Origin: a virus
Lineage: Duplodnaviria; Caudoviricetes
Strand: one strand, 5' to 3'
Virus record (IMG/VR): IMGVR_UViG_3300044799_000109
Location: 1-58,894 of that record
DNA length: 58,894 nucleotides
In this document: positions 1-9,393 of the stretch, piece after piece
Layout: each line of letters starts with the position of its first letter
Position numbering within the stretch: the first letter of the stretch is position 1
The notes under the pieces: generated by a model
What the model was told of the DNA's origin: nothing
The model's input: only the letters and a program-made list of their open reading frames with translations
Database searches by the model: none
Translations under genes and position numbers: made by a program

Positions 1-152
1 CTCCCCTATGTGGCCCAGTAACTATTATAGCACAGGAGGGGCATGAAATGAAGGGCTACGCGGCAAGCAAGGATACATCGTCGGACTGGACAGCGAAGAT
101 GCGAGACTGGCTGACCGAGATGCACAAGATTCTGAAGCCTGGCGGGCGTCTG
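1..152. repeat. Terminal direct repeat, left copy (circular assembly overlap)
   Basis: 1-152 equals 58743-58894 except A/G at 127/58869 and 129/58871. Confidence 0.95.
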
Positions 153-677
153 GCTCTAAACATCCCCTTGGATACGACGAAGGGGGGGTTCCGCCCCACA
201 TATGCCCAGGCCGTGCAGATCGCCGTCGGAGTGGGGTTTACCTACCGAGCCACCATCGTCTGGAACGAGGGCAATGTCAACAAGTCCACGGCTCGCGGGT
301 CAGTTGACTCCGCGGGCTGTCCCCACATCATCGCGCCTGTCGAGATGGTTGCCCTGTTCAGCAAGGGCGACTGGCGGCGCGATCCGCCCAACGGCGGCGA
401 CCTGGATCACCAGGACTGGCTCGACTGGACAAACGGTCTGTGGACGTTCGGGGGTGAAAGCCAGTCGTGGGAGGGCCACCCGGCCGCCTTCCCGGAGGAA
501 CTGCCGCGCAGGCTCGTCAAGCTCCTAAGTTTCCCCGGCGACACGGTGCTCGACCCATTTAACGGTTCCGGGACCACAACCCTAGTGGCATACCGACTCA
601 GCAGGAAGGCGGTCGGGTTCGATGCTTCCGCTGAGTACGTGGAGTCGGCCCGGCGTCGGATGATACTGTCGGAGTAG
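48..677 (+). CDS. N6A/N4C DNA methyltransferase, C-terminal part of a split gene
   Basis: HPAAFPEELPRRL and motif I VLDPFNGSGTT; SPPY motif absent here and present in 57488-58084; RBS AGGAGG upstream. Confidence 0.9.
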   Translation: MKGYAASKDTSSDWTAKMRDWLTEMHKILKPGGRLALNIPLDTTKGGFRPTYAQAVQIAVGVGFTYRATIVWNEGNVNKSTARGSVDSAGCPHIIAPVEMVALFSKGDWRRDPPNGGDLDHQDWLDWTNGLWTFGGESQSWEGHPAAFPEELPRRLVKLLSFPGDTVLDPFNGSGTTTLVAYRLSRKAVGFDASAEYVESARRRMILSE

Positions 678-682
678 ACACC

Positions 683-1678
683 TTGCCCTGGGCGCGATTT
701 GATGATGACCTGCTCACCAACGACAAGTACGTCGGTGTGAGCGCCGAGGCAAAGCTGCTCTGGCATACGAGCATCATCTACTGCGCTAAGAACCTGACGG
801 ATGGGCTTGTCAGATCGCCGGTCGTACTCGCTCTGGGCCGGATGGCAGGCATAGCCGATGTGCCTACCATCAAGGCGGAACTGGTCGAGGCGCGACTTTG
901 GGAAGATGCGGAGGGGGGCATCACCGTTCACGACTACCTGGAGTACAACCCGACTCGTGAGCAGGTCCTCAAGGACCGACGGGCCAACGCCGAGGATCAG
1001 GCCCTCTGGCGCGAGCGGCACCAGCGCAGCAAGTCAGGCACCTTCGCACCGCTGGATAAGGCACCTAGTAAGGCGCTTACTAGCGACGGGGTAAGCCCGT
1101 ACCCGGTCCCGGTCCCGGTCCCGGATCCCGTACCCGGATCCCGGATCCCGGATCCCGAAATAGAGACGGCGGGCGCTGACGCGCCCGGCGCTGACGCGCC
1201 GCTCAAGCGAGGCAAACAGCCGGTTGGAATCGTCAAGAAGAAGCGAGCGGCGCCTGCGAACGCACTCCACTTTGAGGCCATCTGCGAGGCGAGCCATCTC
1301 GAGCTGTCCAACTTGACGGACGCGATGCGCGGTCCTGCCAACAAGGCGACCGCTGACACGTTCAACCACGGATATACCCTAGAAGATATCCGCGTCTGTG
1401 CGCTCGAGCTCGAGAAGCGTGACATCCTGGTTACGCCGCCTAGCATCGCCAAGTGGATCAGCAGGTACAACGCCCGGTCGTCGGGCAACGGTCGAGCTCC
1501 GCCAGCGGAACCCACGGCTGAGGAGATAGCCGAGGAGCGCCGCCGCGTGGCCGACGACGAGGACTGGCGCAGGCTAGAGCGCCAACAGCGAGTTGAGCTT
1601 GGCCTGCCAGGCAATCCCGCCGAGTGGACCGCCTACCACGAGGCCAAGAGGAGGGGCGAGGCATGGCACCGCGCCTAA
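683..1678 (+). CDS. Phage replication initiator / replisome organiser-like protein
   Basis: MPWARFDD N-terminus, ITVHDYLEYNP motif, PVP/PDP linker typical of phage replication proteins. Confidence 0.75.
   Translation: MPWARFDDDLLTNDKYVGVSAEAKLLWHTSIIYCAKNLTDGLVRSPVVLALGRMAGIADVPTIKAELVEARLWEDAEGGITVHDYLEYNPTREQVLKDRRANAEDQALWRERHQRSKSGTFAPLDKAPSKALTSDGVSPYPVPVPVPDPVPGSRIPDPEIETAGADAPGADAPLKRGKQPVGIVKKKRAAPANALHFEAICEASHLELSNLTDAMRGPANKATADTFNHGYTLEDIRVCALELEKRDILVTPPSIAKWISRYNARSSGNGRAPPAEPTAEEIAEERRRVADDEDWRRLERQQRVELGLPGNPAEWTAYHEAKRRGEAWHRA
1102..1200. repeat. Intragenic short repeats (CCCGGT/CCCGGAT run and 2x GGCGCTGACGCGCC), possible origin iterons
   Basis: Repeats read directly inside the linker of the replication gene. 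Confidence 0.5.
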
Positions 1679-1905
1679 GAACACCAATGCGATCGGACGC
1701 TTTCGGTTGGCCGGTCTCGGAGGATGATGGACTCAGCCACGACTGGGCAGCCATCACGGCTGCCGAGGAGGTCATCGTCGCTGAGTTGCGAGCCGCTGGA
1801 TGGAGTGACAGACGCGCCATCTACCAGGAGGCCGCCCGGCGGGTGAAACTCGGAGACTACGTGGTGCAAGCCAGCAAAGCGCAGCAACTTCAGGTGGCGC
1901 GATGA
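1663..1905 (+). CDS. Hypothetical protein
   Basis: Overlaps both neighbours; start set at ATG after GAGG. Confidence 0.55.
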   Translation: MAPRLRTPMRSDAFGWPVSEDDGLSHDWAAITAAEEVIVAELRAAGWSDRRAIYQEAARRVKLGDYVVQASKAQQLQVAR

Positions 1906-2099
1906 CCGGCCGCGTGTGGCACTTCGGGGAGCACTCGGCGTGGGTCGTCGACGTGGGCGGCACGCCCTGGCTCGTGCGATTCCCGAAGAAGGGCGAGCAG
2001 GACCGCCGGATCGTGCGCCACATCCTGCACGTCACGCCATCGTGGGATCCCGAGCCCGAGGGGGTGGCCCGTCTCGTGCGGCACCTAGCGGGCTGCTAG
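1902..2099 (+). CDS. Hypothetical protein
   Basis: ATGA overlap with upstream ORF. Confidence 0.55.
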   Translation: MTGRVWHFGEHSAWVVDVGGTPWLVRFPKKGEQDRRIVRHILHVTPSWDPEPEGVARLVRHLAGC

Positions 2100-2514
2100 G
2101 GAGCTGGAAGGCCGACGGCGACGGAGCTGCGGAACCTGTGCGGCGACGTCGTGGCGATGGCTCAGCGACTTCGGACAGGTGAGCAGGCATACGCGACGGA
2201 CCCGTACTTCGGAGGGATGAAGCCGCTTGGCTGGTGGCGGGAGTCGTGCGAGTTGGAGCGCATCGCGGCGGGCGAGAGGTGACTGGTGTCATGCTCGATG
2301 AGCACGAGGCTCTGACTGACCCGATCTGCGCCGATTGCGAGCACCTCCTATTTTCCTCGGACGGCCTCTGCGAGGACTGTCGGAGGGAATGGCCGCGCAT
2401 CTGCCGGCGGGGCTACCTGATCGGCTATGAGGACGTTGTCCCCGTGCGGGAGGCGGCCCTGGCGGGCGAGAGTGGTCCTGGGCTTCGCCCGCGGACCACA
2501 GGAGGAGCGGCGGG

Positions 2515-2751
2515 GTGATAGTCACCTGTACGAAATGCGGTCAGGTCCGGCACCTGAAGAAGCGTCTCCAGGTAGTCAAGCACCCATCGCCTTGCTGTGC
2601 TGCGCTATCACGCAGGGCCACGATGGCCGAGAAGATGCTCTGGCGAGCCGCGTTCATCGCCGAGTGTGAACGGCTCGCGGTGTCTGACTCGGAGCCGGTC
2701 AGCAACGCTTTTCGCGTCCTGGCGGGCGGGAGAGGAGCGGCGGGTGGGTGA
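2515..2751 (+). CDS. Small Cys-rich hypothetical protein
   Basis: GTGA overlap, GGAG upstream, CxxC motif. Confidence 0.5.
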   Translation: MIVTCTKCGQVRHLKKRLQVVKHPSPCCAALSRRATMAEKMLWRAAFIAECERLAVSDSEPVSNAFRVLAGGRGAAGG

Positions 2752-2960
2752 CAGGACGCGGCTACGCTGGGTGCGTGTGGTGGACCGGGTCTGCCACTGG
2801 CTACTGCGGCCGTGGCTCTGGTATGGCCGCTGGCAGTCGGAGCGGGTCATCGACTGGTATCTCGGGCACGTCGTCGCCGAATGTCTGTATTGGGAGGAGA
2901 TGGCCAGCCGGGAGGCGCCGGCGTGAGAACCGTCGCCGAGCTGGAGTGCGAGGTGGTGTG

Positions 2961-3266
2961 ATGGCGACTGAAATCAAGAGTTTGGAGGCGGTGCTCGGGG
3001 AGATGCCCGGAGTGCTGGGCAGGGCTGCCTGCCAGATGATGATGTTCTTCAACCTGAGTGGGCGCCGTCACCTGACGGCGGCGGACGTGGACGCAGTGGA
3101 CCTGATCTACTGCGATGTCGAGGCAGCCTGCGACGCGATGCGGCGAGCACTCGTGGCCCGGCAGACGGCCAGGACAGCACGGTATCACCGCCTACATGAT
3201 GGTGTAGTGCGACAACGTGACTCTCTTGGTCGCTTTGCACCGAAGGAGGTGATGCCCAATGTCTGA
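2961..3266 (+). CDS. Hypothetical protein
   Basis: GAGGTG RBS before ATG 2961; overlaps the dcm start. Confidence 0.55.
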   Translation: MATEIKSLEAVLGEMPGVLGRAACQMMMFFNLSGRRHLTAADVDAVDLIYCDVEAACDAMRRALVARQTARTARYHRLHDGVVRQRDSLGRFAPKEVMPNV

Positions 3267-4574
3267 GAAGCGACTATCTGCTGGATCGCTCTTCTCGGGC
3301 ATTTGACCGGGGGCATTGATCTGGCACTTGAGCGGGCTGGCTTCGAGGTCCGCTGGCAGGTCGAGAACGATCCGGACTGCAACCGAGTGCTGGCGCACCA
3401 CTGGCCGAGCGTGCGGCGGTACGGCGACGTGCGGGAGGTAGATGTTGGAGAACTCGAGCCAGTTGACCTTATCGTTGCCGGGTGGCCATGTCAAGGCAAC
3501 TCCCTGGCTGGACAGCGTGGTGGAATGGCTGACCCACGCAGCGGACTCTTCTCCGAGATCGTCAGAATCGCTCGTGCTCTCACTCCCCATTGGCTTCTCC
3601 TGGAGAATGTTCCTGGCCTCCGGTCGGTCCACAAGGGGCGGGACATGGGCACCGTCCTCCGGGCGCTGGGAGAACTCGGGTTTTGGTGGGCCTACCGTAG
3701 CCTGGACGCTCAATACTTCCACCTGGCCCAGAGACGGGAGCGCGTGTTCTTTGTCTGTGATTCTCGAGACCCAGGTGGTCCCGTCAAGGTACTTTTTGAG
3801 CCCGAGAGCTGCGCGGGGAATCCTCCGCCGAGCCGAGAGGCGGGGGAAAGAGCTGCCTACGCCCTTGCGGCAAGCGCTAGAGGCACTGGCGACGGCCACG
3901 GCAACGCCTGGAACAGCAACTATGTCCCCTTGATGGCGGCTGGTTGCGTCGGGAGCAACGGGGCAGGTATTGGGCAGCCTGGCGACCCTGCGATGGCGCT
4001 GGACACTACCGGTGCGCAAGTTGTCGCCTACCAGTGCCAGGGCACGAACGTCGGGGAGATGGGCACCTTGCGAGCGGGTAACGGGCACGTCACCGGCGGG
4101 GTGCCGTTCGTCTTCGACGAGCGCAACGTGACGAGCAAGGCGAACCGCTCCATCGTCCGTCTGGACGGTCCTTCGCCGACGCTGCACGAGGCGGGGTCAA
4201 TGACCCTCGCCCACACGCTTCGCGCCGAGGGTGCCGACGCTTCGGAGGATGGCACGGGGCGAGGGGTGCCGATAGTCGCCTTCGACTGGCAGACTGGTGC
4301 GCCGAAAGAGGGCAAGGGGCGGGTCTACGGCGTCAGGAAAGGTGAGTACGCCGGGGCGTTGGGAACTAGCAAGCAGGATGCCATCAGCCAGGGCATGGCG
4401 ATCAGGCGGCTCATGCCCGTCGAGTGTCTGAGACTCCAGGGACTACCGGATGACTGGCTGGACCTCGACCCGCCACTGAGCGACAGTGTGAAATACCGAC
4501 TCATAGGGAACAGCGTGGCCCGGCGGGTTGTCGAGTGGATTGCCAGGCGATTGCTGGCGATGGAGGCCGAGTGA
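3259..4574 (+). pseudogene. dcm: C5-cytosine DNA methyltransferase interrupted in motif I by a 5-nt insertion (pseudogene or split gene)
   Basis: 3259-3306 encodes ...SLFSGI-stop; 3303-4574 continues GGIDLALERAG, with GWPCQ (motif IV), ENV (VI), QRRER (VIII), RRLMPVECLRLQG and GNSV. Confidence 0.8.
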
Positions 4575-4783
4575 TGACGACCGTGATCGCTCGTGGCTGG
4601 ATGCGATCGCCAAGCGGTCTCTGGCACTACGGGCAGTTGCGTGAGAGCGTCAAGGGGTTGCACACGCTCTGCGGGATCAGAGCCGAGCCGGTGGACTGGT
4701 GGACTGAAATCTTCGACCCCCGGGAAGAACCGCCAGCGAGCAACCGGGTCTGCCTACGGTGCCGGCTGGCGAGGGAGGGCTAG
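4574..4783 (+). CDS. Small Zn-binding hypothetical protein
   Basis: WH..TLCG..CLRC; coupled to the dcm stop. Confidence 0.55.
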   Translation: MTTVIARGWMRSPSGLWHYGQLRESVKGLHTLCGIRAEPVDWWTEIFDPREEPPASNRVCLRCRLAREG

Positions 4784-5068
4784 GTGAAGCGTGGTGCTCA
4801 CTTCTCTGTGGACGCCAATCATGAGGCTATCGTGCGTGCCCTGCGGCAGGTGGGGTGCAGCGTGACTAGCCTGGCTGCCGTGGGGCATGGGCTTCCCGAT
4901 TTGCTCGTCGGCTATAGGCAGGGTAACTATCTGCTCGAGGTGAAGTCGTCCGGCGGGACGTTGACCGATGACGAGCGGTGCTGGCAACAGTTCTGGCGTG
5001 GGCATGTAGCCGTAGTGCGGTCCATCGTAGAGGCGCTCGCCGCTGTCGGCGTGGAGATGATGCCGTGA
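4784..5068 (+). CDS. VRR-NUC-like PD-(D/E)xK nuclease / putative junction resolvase
   Basis: DANHEAIV...GLPDLLVG...LLEVK. Confidence 0.8.
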   Translation: MKRGAHFSVDANHEAIVRALRQVGCSVTSLAAVGHGLPDLLVGYRQGNYLLEVKSSGGTLTDDERCWQQFWRGHVAVVRSIVEALAAVGVEMMP

Positions 5069-5538
5069 TCCAGACGTCCTACTTCCGCAGGCCGGGGTTG
5101 CCCATTGATCGCTGCGTGGCCATCTCGCTCGGCGTGCCGCGTGGTTGGAAGGGGCGGCGGTACCGGGCCCTGGCACCGACGAGAGAACTGCTGACAGAGT
5201 GGAAGAAGGGCTACTTGACGTGGGACCTGTACATCCGGTTTTACCGTGAGCAGGTGCTCGACGAACTGGACCCGATGGAGGTTGCGACCGACCTCAACAG
5301 GCTAATCATGTGCTGCTGGGAAAAACACTGGCAGGAATGCCATCGCTCGCTCGTTGCGTTCTGGCTCCAGGAGGCGACTGGCGAGAAGGTGCCGGAGTGG
5401 GAACCGGGGCCCTCTTACAGGTTGGTGCAGCCCTACGGTGATGCTCGTCCTCTCCCGCCCGGTGAGTTGGAGGACAGGCTGGATCGGCTCCGGCCGCATA
5501 CTACGGTGGAGGAGGGCGGCAGTGAGGTGAGAGGATGA
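5065..5538 (+). CDS. DUF488-like protein
   Basis: IQTSYF N-terminus, LAPT, CCWE...CHRSLVA motif. Confidence 0.75.
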   Translation: MIQTSYFRRPGLPIDRCVAISLGVPRGWKGRRYRALAPTRELLTEWKKGYLTWDLYIRFYREQVLDELDPMEVATDLNRLIMCCWEKHWQECHRSLVAFWLQEATGEKVPEWEPGPSYRLVQPYGDARPLPPGELEDRLDRLRPHTTVEEGGSEVRG

Positions 5539-5926
5539 GGCGCTTCTTGTGGCCGCTGCCCTGGCTGATTGCTGGATTCGTCCTCGCGGAAGTCTTGCGC
5601 CAGCTACTCGCGGCGGCGGGTCTGAGGTGAGATGATGCGCTCGGATGTGGCCCTAGATCGCGTGCTGGATCGGACAGAAGGCGGCTGGCCTGTCTTCGAG
5701 TGTGTGAAGTGTAGCAAGCCACTCAGGCGGGCGACGGTGGTAGTTACCAAGCGGATCGCCTTCGATTAGGCGGCGGCGGCCTACCGGGAGACTGCCGAGT
5801 CGGGGCACATCCGGGTCTACTGTGGCCTGTGCGCGGCCTACCAGAACGAGGCCCTTGACCGACGAGTCGCCAGGGAACTGCTGGCGTACAAGGGCCTGGC
5901 GTGAGCCTAGCGGCGCTGGGGGTGGA

Positions 5927-6238
5927 ATGATGCGGGATCTCGACGCGATCAGGAAGGGGTTCCGGGTGCCTGACGACGCGGACGCGCTGATCGGAGAGGT
6001 CGAGAGGTTGCGGGCGGCACTGGAGATTGCCCGCCACAACCTGGTCACGCTGAATGGACTCGAAATCGTGGACATGGCTGCGTATGGTCGGGCTCGAGAG
6101 ATGGGTGCCGACGCAAACGGCGCCTGGGATGTGTTGTGCGACTCTGGCTGGACGATTGATGAATCAGAAACCATCGCCGCGATTGATGTGGTTCTACCGG
6201 CGGCGAGGGAGAAGGCGCTAGGAGGCGACAATGGTTGA
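5927..6238 (+). CDS. Hypothetical protein
   Basis: Coupled to the 6231 ORF; LIGEVERLR motif common in phage early genes. Confidence 0.55.
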   Translation: MMRDLDAIRKGFRVPDDADALIGEVERLRAALEIARHNLVTLNGLEIVDMAAYGRAREMGADANGAWDVLCDSGWTIDESETIAAIDVVLPAAREKALGGDNG

Positions 6239-6710
6239 GAGGGAGTGGCGGCGGGACTGGCGGGATCTGAAACATGGTCTAGACGATGATCTGGACTTGG
6301 TCGAGCGTGTGCCTGCTTTCGTGTTGGTGAGAATGCTGGTTGCTGCCGATGTCGCACTGAAAGCGGCCGAGGTCGAGCGGGGCCAACTTCGCCTCGATCT
6401 GGCGGAGGCGCTGCTGCACCTCGACGAGTGCCACCAGCGGCGGAAGGCCGAGGGCGAGCAACTGCGCCAGGAACTCCACAACACGCAGGCAAGGATGAAG
6501 GAAGCCCAGGAGGAGGTCGAGCAACTTCGCCTCAAGTTGTCCGACGCCGAGCAGCAGGCCAGCAACGCGATCACCTGGCAGCAGGCGATGGTGCGGGCGG
6601 AGGGCGAGAACAGGCTGCTACGGGCGGCACTGGGCGACGACGATGGATGTGGTGGCGATTGGCTGAAGGGACGGGCCGAGAAGGTGTTGGGCAAGGAGGT
6701 CCCATCGTGA
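6231..6710 (+). CDS. Coiled-coil hypothetical protein
   Basis: AGGAGG RBS; heptad-rich sequence. Confidence 0.65.
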   Translation: MVEREWRRDWRDLKHGLDDDLDLVERVPAFVLVRMLVAADVALKAAEVERGQLRLDLAEALLHLDECHQRRKAEGEQLRQELHNTQARMKEAQEEVEQLRLKLSDAEQQASNAITWQQAMVRAEGENRLLRAALGDDDGCGGDWLKGRAEKVLGKEVPS

Positions 6711-6772
6711 GCAGCGATCGCCTAGCGTTCCTCGACCGGGAGGCGGCTTTCTGGGCGAGGTGCCCTAGGTGA
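6707..6772 (+). pseudogene. Truncated original N-terminus of gene 7616-7831
   Basis: MSSDRLAFLDREAAFW versus ADRLAFLDREAQFW at 7616. Confidence 0.8.
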
Positions 6773-7490
6773 CCCACCGCCAAGAATGGAATCTCACCAG
6801 CCTCTCGATTGCGGTTGGCCCTACATGATACTGCCTCGCAAGCGCAGCTTTGTTTGTGCTTCCGTTCTTGAATCTGGCTCTGATTTCTCGCACCAGGTCG
6901 GGGGTCAGATGGGCGTTATAAGTATTCATGCGCCTGGCTCCAGTGATCTTGTGTCGCCCTTTGGCCCAGCAATCCCGGTTGTTATCAGGGACCGTTCCGG
7001 CGAAGAGGTGGTCAGGCCGCACGCACGGTGGGTTGTCGCAGTGATGGCAGGAGAGCATTCCAGGTCCGAGCGGACCATAGGTAAGTTCATAACTCACCCG
7101 ATGAGCAGGGGTTGTCGGGCCTCTAGGGTCTATTCGGACATCACCGTAGCCTTGGATGCTACGGCCGCCTTTCCAGAGCCAACAGTCTCCTGTCTTGTCA
7201 ACCTGACTCCAGAACCAGTCTGCGAAAGGTATATCAGGGCGGCGGCCGTTGTGTCTGGCCATGAATCTCTGTACCGGGTACTTTCGCCGGACAGCAAACG
7301 ACTCTCCACAGCCGCAGGCACAGATGCGTATTTCTCCAGTCAATGGTCGACCACGGCCCTTATTGGCGGGTACGCCACCCCGCATGTTGTGGCCGGAGAT
7401 GAAGCGTCGTCTCTTCCGGGCACAGGCTGTGATGGGGAGTGGGTGGCCGCAACCGCAGGCGCAGAGGGGCATGGTAGAATCGGGGAGCAT
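6765..7490 (-). CDS. HNH homing endonuclease with N-terminal CACGCG repeats and C-terminal HTH (cassette 1)
   Basis: FWSQVDKTGDCWLWKG, AHRVSY, CHHCDNPPCVRPDHL; GGAGG RBS. Confidence 0.92.
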   Translation of the reverse strand: MLPDSTMPLCACGCGHPLPITACARKRRRFISGHNMRGGVPANKGRGRPLTGEIRICACGCGESFAVRRKYPVQRFMARHNGRRPDIPFADWFWSQVDKTGDCWLWKGGRSIQGYGDVRIDPRGPTTPAHRVSYELTYGPLGPGMLSCHHCDNPPCVRPDHLFAGTVPDNNRDCWAKGRHKITGARRMNTYNAHLTPDLVREIRARFKNGSTNKAALARQYHVGPTAIERLVRFHSWRWVT

Positions 7491-7559
7491 GGCGAACCTC
7501 CATTCGCTGTGCCACGCCCCCGGCTGTTACTAGCAGCGCGGGGGTTTCGTGCTGCCCGG

Positions 7560-7569
7560 ATTATAGCAC
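7560..7569 (-). promoter_or_regulatory. Extended -10 promoter (TGcTATAAT) of the cassette 1 HNH gene
   Basis: Reverse complement GTGCTATAAT; same motif upstream of all four antisense endonucleases. Confidence 0.75.
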
Positions 7570-7615
7570 AAAGGTTCTGGCAGCATCAAACTCTAATTCG
7601 AGCGGAGGTAAAGGC

Positions 7616-7831
7616 ATGAACGGGGGCAATGCGGCAGATCGTTTGGCCTTTTTGGACCGTGAGGCACAGTTTTGGGTGGCTGCCCTTGCGCTCGACGAGC
7701 AGGGCGCCCTCGCCTGTCGGGCCAAGTTGGACCAACTCGACGCCGAGAGGGTCGAGATCGTCCGGCACCAGGACGCCGTCCGCCACATCCTGCCGCAGAG
7801 GGCAAGGCTGGCAGAGCGGCTGGGAGTGTGA
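7616..7831 (+). CDS. Hypothetical protein with cassette-supplied recoded N-terminus
   Basis: GGAGG RBS; first ~20 codons are AT3-rich relative to the rest. Confidence 0.7.
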   Translation: MNGGNAADRLAFLDREAQFWVAALALDEQGALACRAKLDQLDAERVEIVRHQDAVRHILPQRARLAERLGV

Positions 7832-8032
7832 CGTGGTATCCCTGACGGTCTGGTCGCGGGAAGGCCGCTCCTGGGTGATCGAGGCCCCCACCTACGGTCA
7901 GGCTTTCGACCTGGCGACCGAGGCCGGCGCTGTCCGTGCGGTCGACGGGACCGGCTGGATAGAGCGCTGGCTGTGGGGCGAGTGGGTCGGCGTCTGCCGG
8001 CAGTCTAGGTCGACAGAGCGGCGGGGAGTGAG

Positions 8033-8362
8033 ATGATCTTCGAGGCACTCTGGGCATCGGCGCAACGTGGTGAACTGATTTTGGTGGAGGGGGGCTACTG
8101 TAGATATAGGGTCAGGCGAGACGGGCAGTTGACCATCTGCGAGATCATCGTACTGCCAGCCTACCAGCATCGGGGAGTTGGGCGGACTATCATTGCCGGA
8201 TTGGGCGAGGTGGCTCGAAAGCGGAACTGCACAAGTATCTTGGCGAAGTGTCCGGCTGATCTGGCCGCCAACGGATTCTATGAGCATCTCGGATTCAGCC
8301 AGGAAGCAATTGAGCACACCCGGACTGGTCGCGCGATCAATGTCTGGAGGCTGGCGTGCTGA
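8033..8362 (+). CDS. GNAT-family acetyltransferase
   Basis: VLPAYQHRGVGR motif A; ANGFYEHLGF. Confidence 0.85.
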   Translation: MIFEALWASAQRGELILVEGGYCRYRVRRDGQLTICEIIVLPAYQHRGVGRTIIAGLGEVARKRNCTSILAKCPADLAANGFYEHLGFSQEAIEHTRTGRAINVWRLAC

Positions 8363-9057
8363 CACTGGTCTACTGCGCCGGGGGGAACAAGCGGTTCACA
8401 GAGATAGCGATGGCCGCTGGTTTCCGTTCGGGCGTGCGCCTGCCTGATACGGTCTACTTTCCGCCCTGGTTCTGTGACCAGGACTGGCACGCGCCAAATC
8501 GAGCGGTCTACATGGCAGGACTGGCGAAGCATCGCCCGAGGATGGCCACGGTGCTTGACTGGGAGCTCGAGGAGCAATTGCCCGAGGTGCTGGACTGGGC
8601 CGAGGAAGCGGCGTCCTACTGCGAGCGGGTCGTGCTGATTCCCAAGGTCATGGGCGAGATCAGTCACCTGCCTCGGCGCATCGGTGGCGCAGACGTGGTG
8701 CTCGGGTACTCGGTACCGACCCGCTATGGCGGCACGTCTCTGCCGATCTGGGAGTGGGCTGGTTGGCCGATCCACCTGCTCGGCGGCTCGCCGCAGAGAC
8801 AGCAACAGACCTACCTTCACCTGCGACCCATCACGGAGGTCGTGTCCGCTGACGGCAACATGGCGCAGAAGTTGGCGGTAGGCCACTGTCAGTTCTGGGT
8901 GGACGGCACCGCCCACGGGGCTAACAACCGCTGGTGGCCGACGTTGGCGGAGGCAGACGGCGAACGGTGGCCGAGTGATGGACCATACGAAGCCTTCCGC
9001 CGCAGTTGCGTCAACATCAAGGCGGCCTGGGAGCGGCTGGGAGCGGCCACGCACTGA
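8356..9057 (+). CDS. DUF6610-like protein (possibly TGT-like barrel)
   Basis: ATVLDW, LGYSVPTRYGG, IHLLGGSP, SADGN motifs; family assignment from memory. Confidence 0.55.
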   Translation: MLTLVYCAGGNKRFTEIAMAAGFRSGVRLPDTVYFPPWFCDQDWHAPNRAVYMAGLAKHRPRMATVLDWELEEQLPEVLDWAEEAASYCERVVLIPKVMGEISHLPRRIGGADVVLGYSVPTRYGGTSLPIWEWAGWPIHLLGGSPQRQQQTYLHLRPITEVVSADGNMAQKLAVGHCQFWVDGTAHGANNRWWPTLAEADGERWPSDGPYEAFRRSCVNIKAAWERLGAATH

Positions 9058-9070
9058 GGAGGCGACTGGG

Positions 9071-9325
9071 ATGCAATCGGCGACGCAATCCTGCCTATCC
9101 GACCCACTCTTTCTCAGCCGTCGCGAGTGTGAGGTGTTGCGTCTCGTCGCCCAGGGCTATAGCAACAAGATGATCGGGCGCGAACTCCACATCACTAACC
9201 AGACGGTCAAGAACCATCTGTGGTCAGCCTTCCGGAAGCTCCGAGTAGATGACCGCACGGGCGCAGTCATCGTCGCCATCCGGTGCGGGGAGATCGAGAT
9301 TCCGGGTATCGAGCGCGTTAGGTAG
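9071..9325 (+). CDS. LuxR-type HTH regulator (candidate late-gene activator)
   Basis: LSRRECEVLRLVAQGYSNKMIGRELHITNQTVKNH; lies just before the packaging genes. Confidence 0.9.
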   Translation: MQSATQSCLSDPLFLSRRECEVLRLVAQGYSNKMIGRELHITNQTVKNHLWSAFRKLRVDDRTGAVIVAIRCGEIEIPGIERVR

Positions 9326-9393
9326 AACTGATGGCCCATATCATCGCCGGCCTGCTTGCCCGATACTGAGGGCGTAAGGGCCAGCGCGTCTGG

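Larger units (their letters stand above)
6760..7675 (-). mobile_element. Antisense homing-endonuclease cassette 1 (boundaries approximate)
   Basis: Antisense HNH gene, own promoter and a recoded duplicate gene start. Confidence 0.75.
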
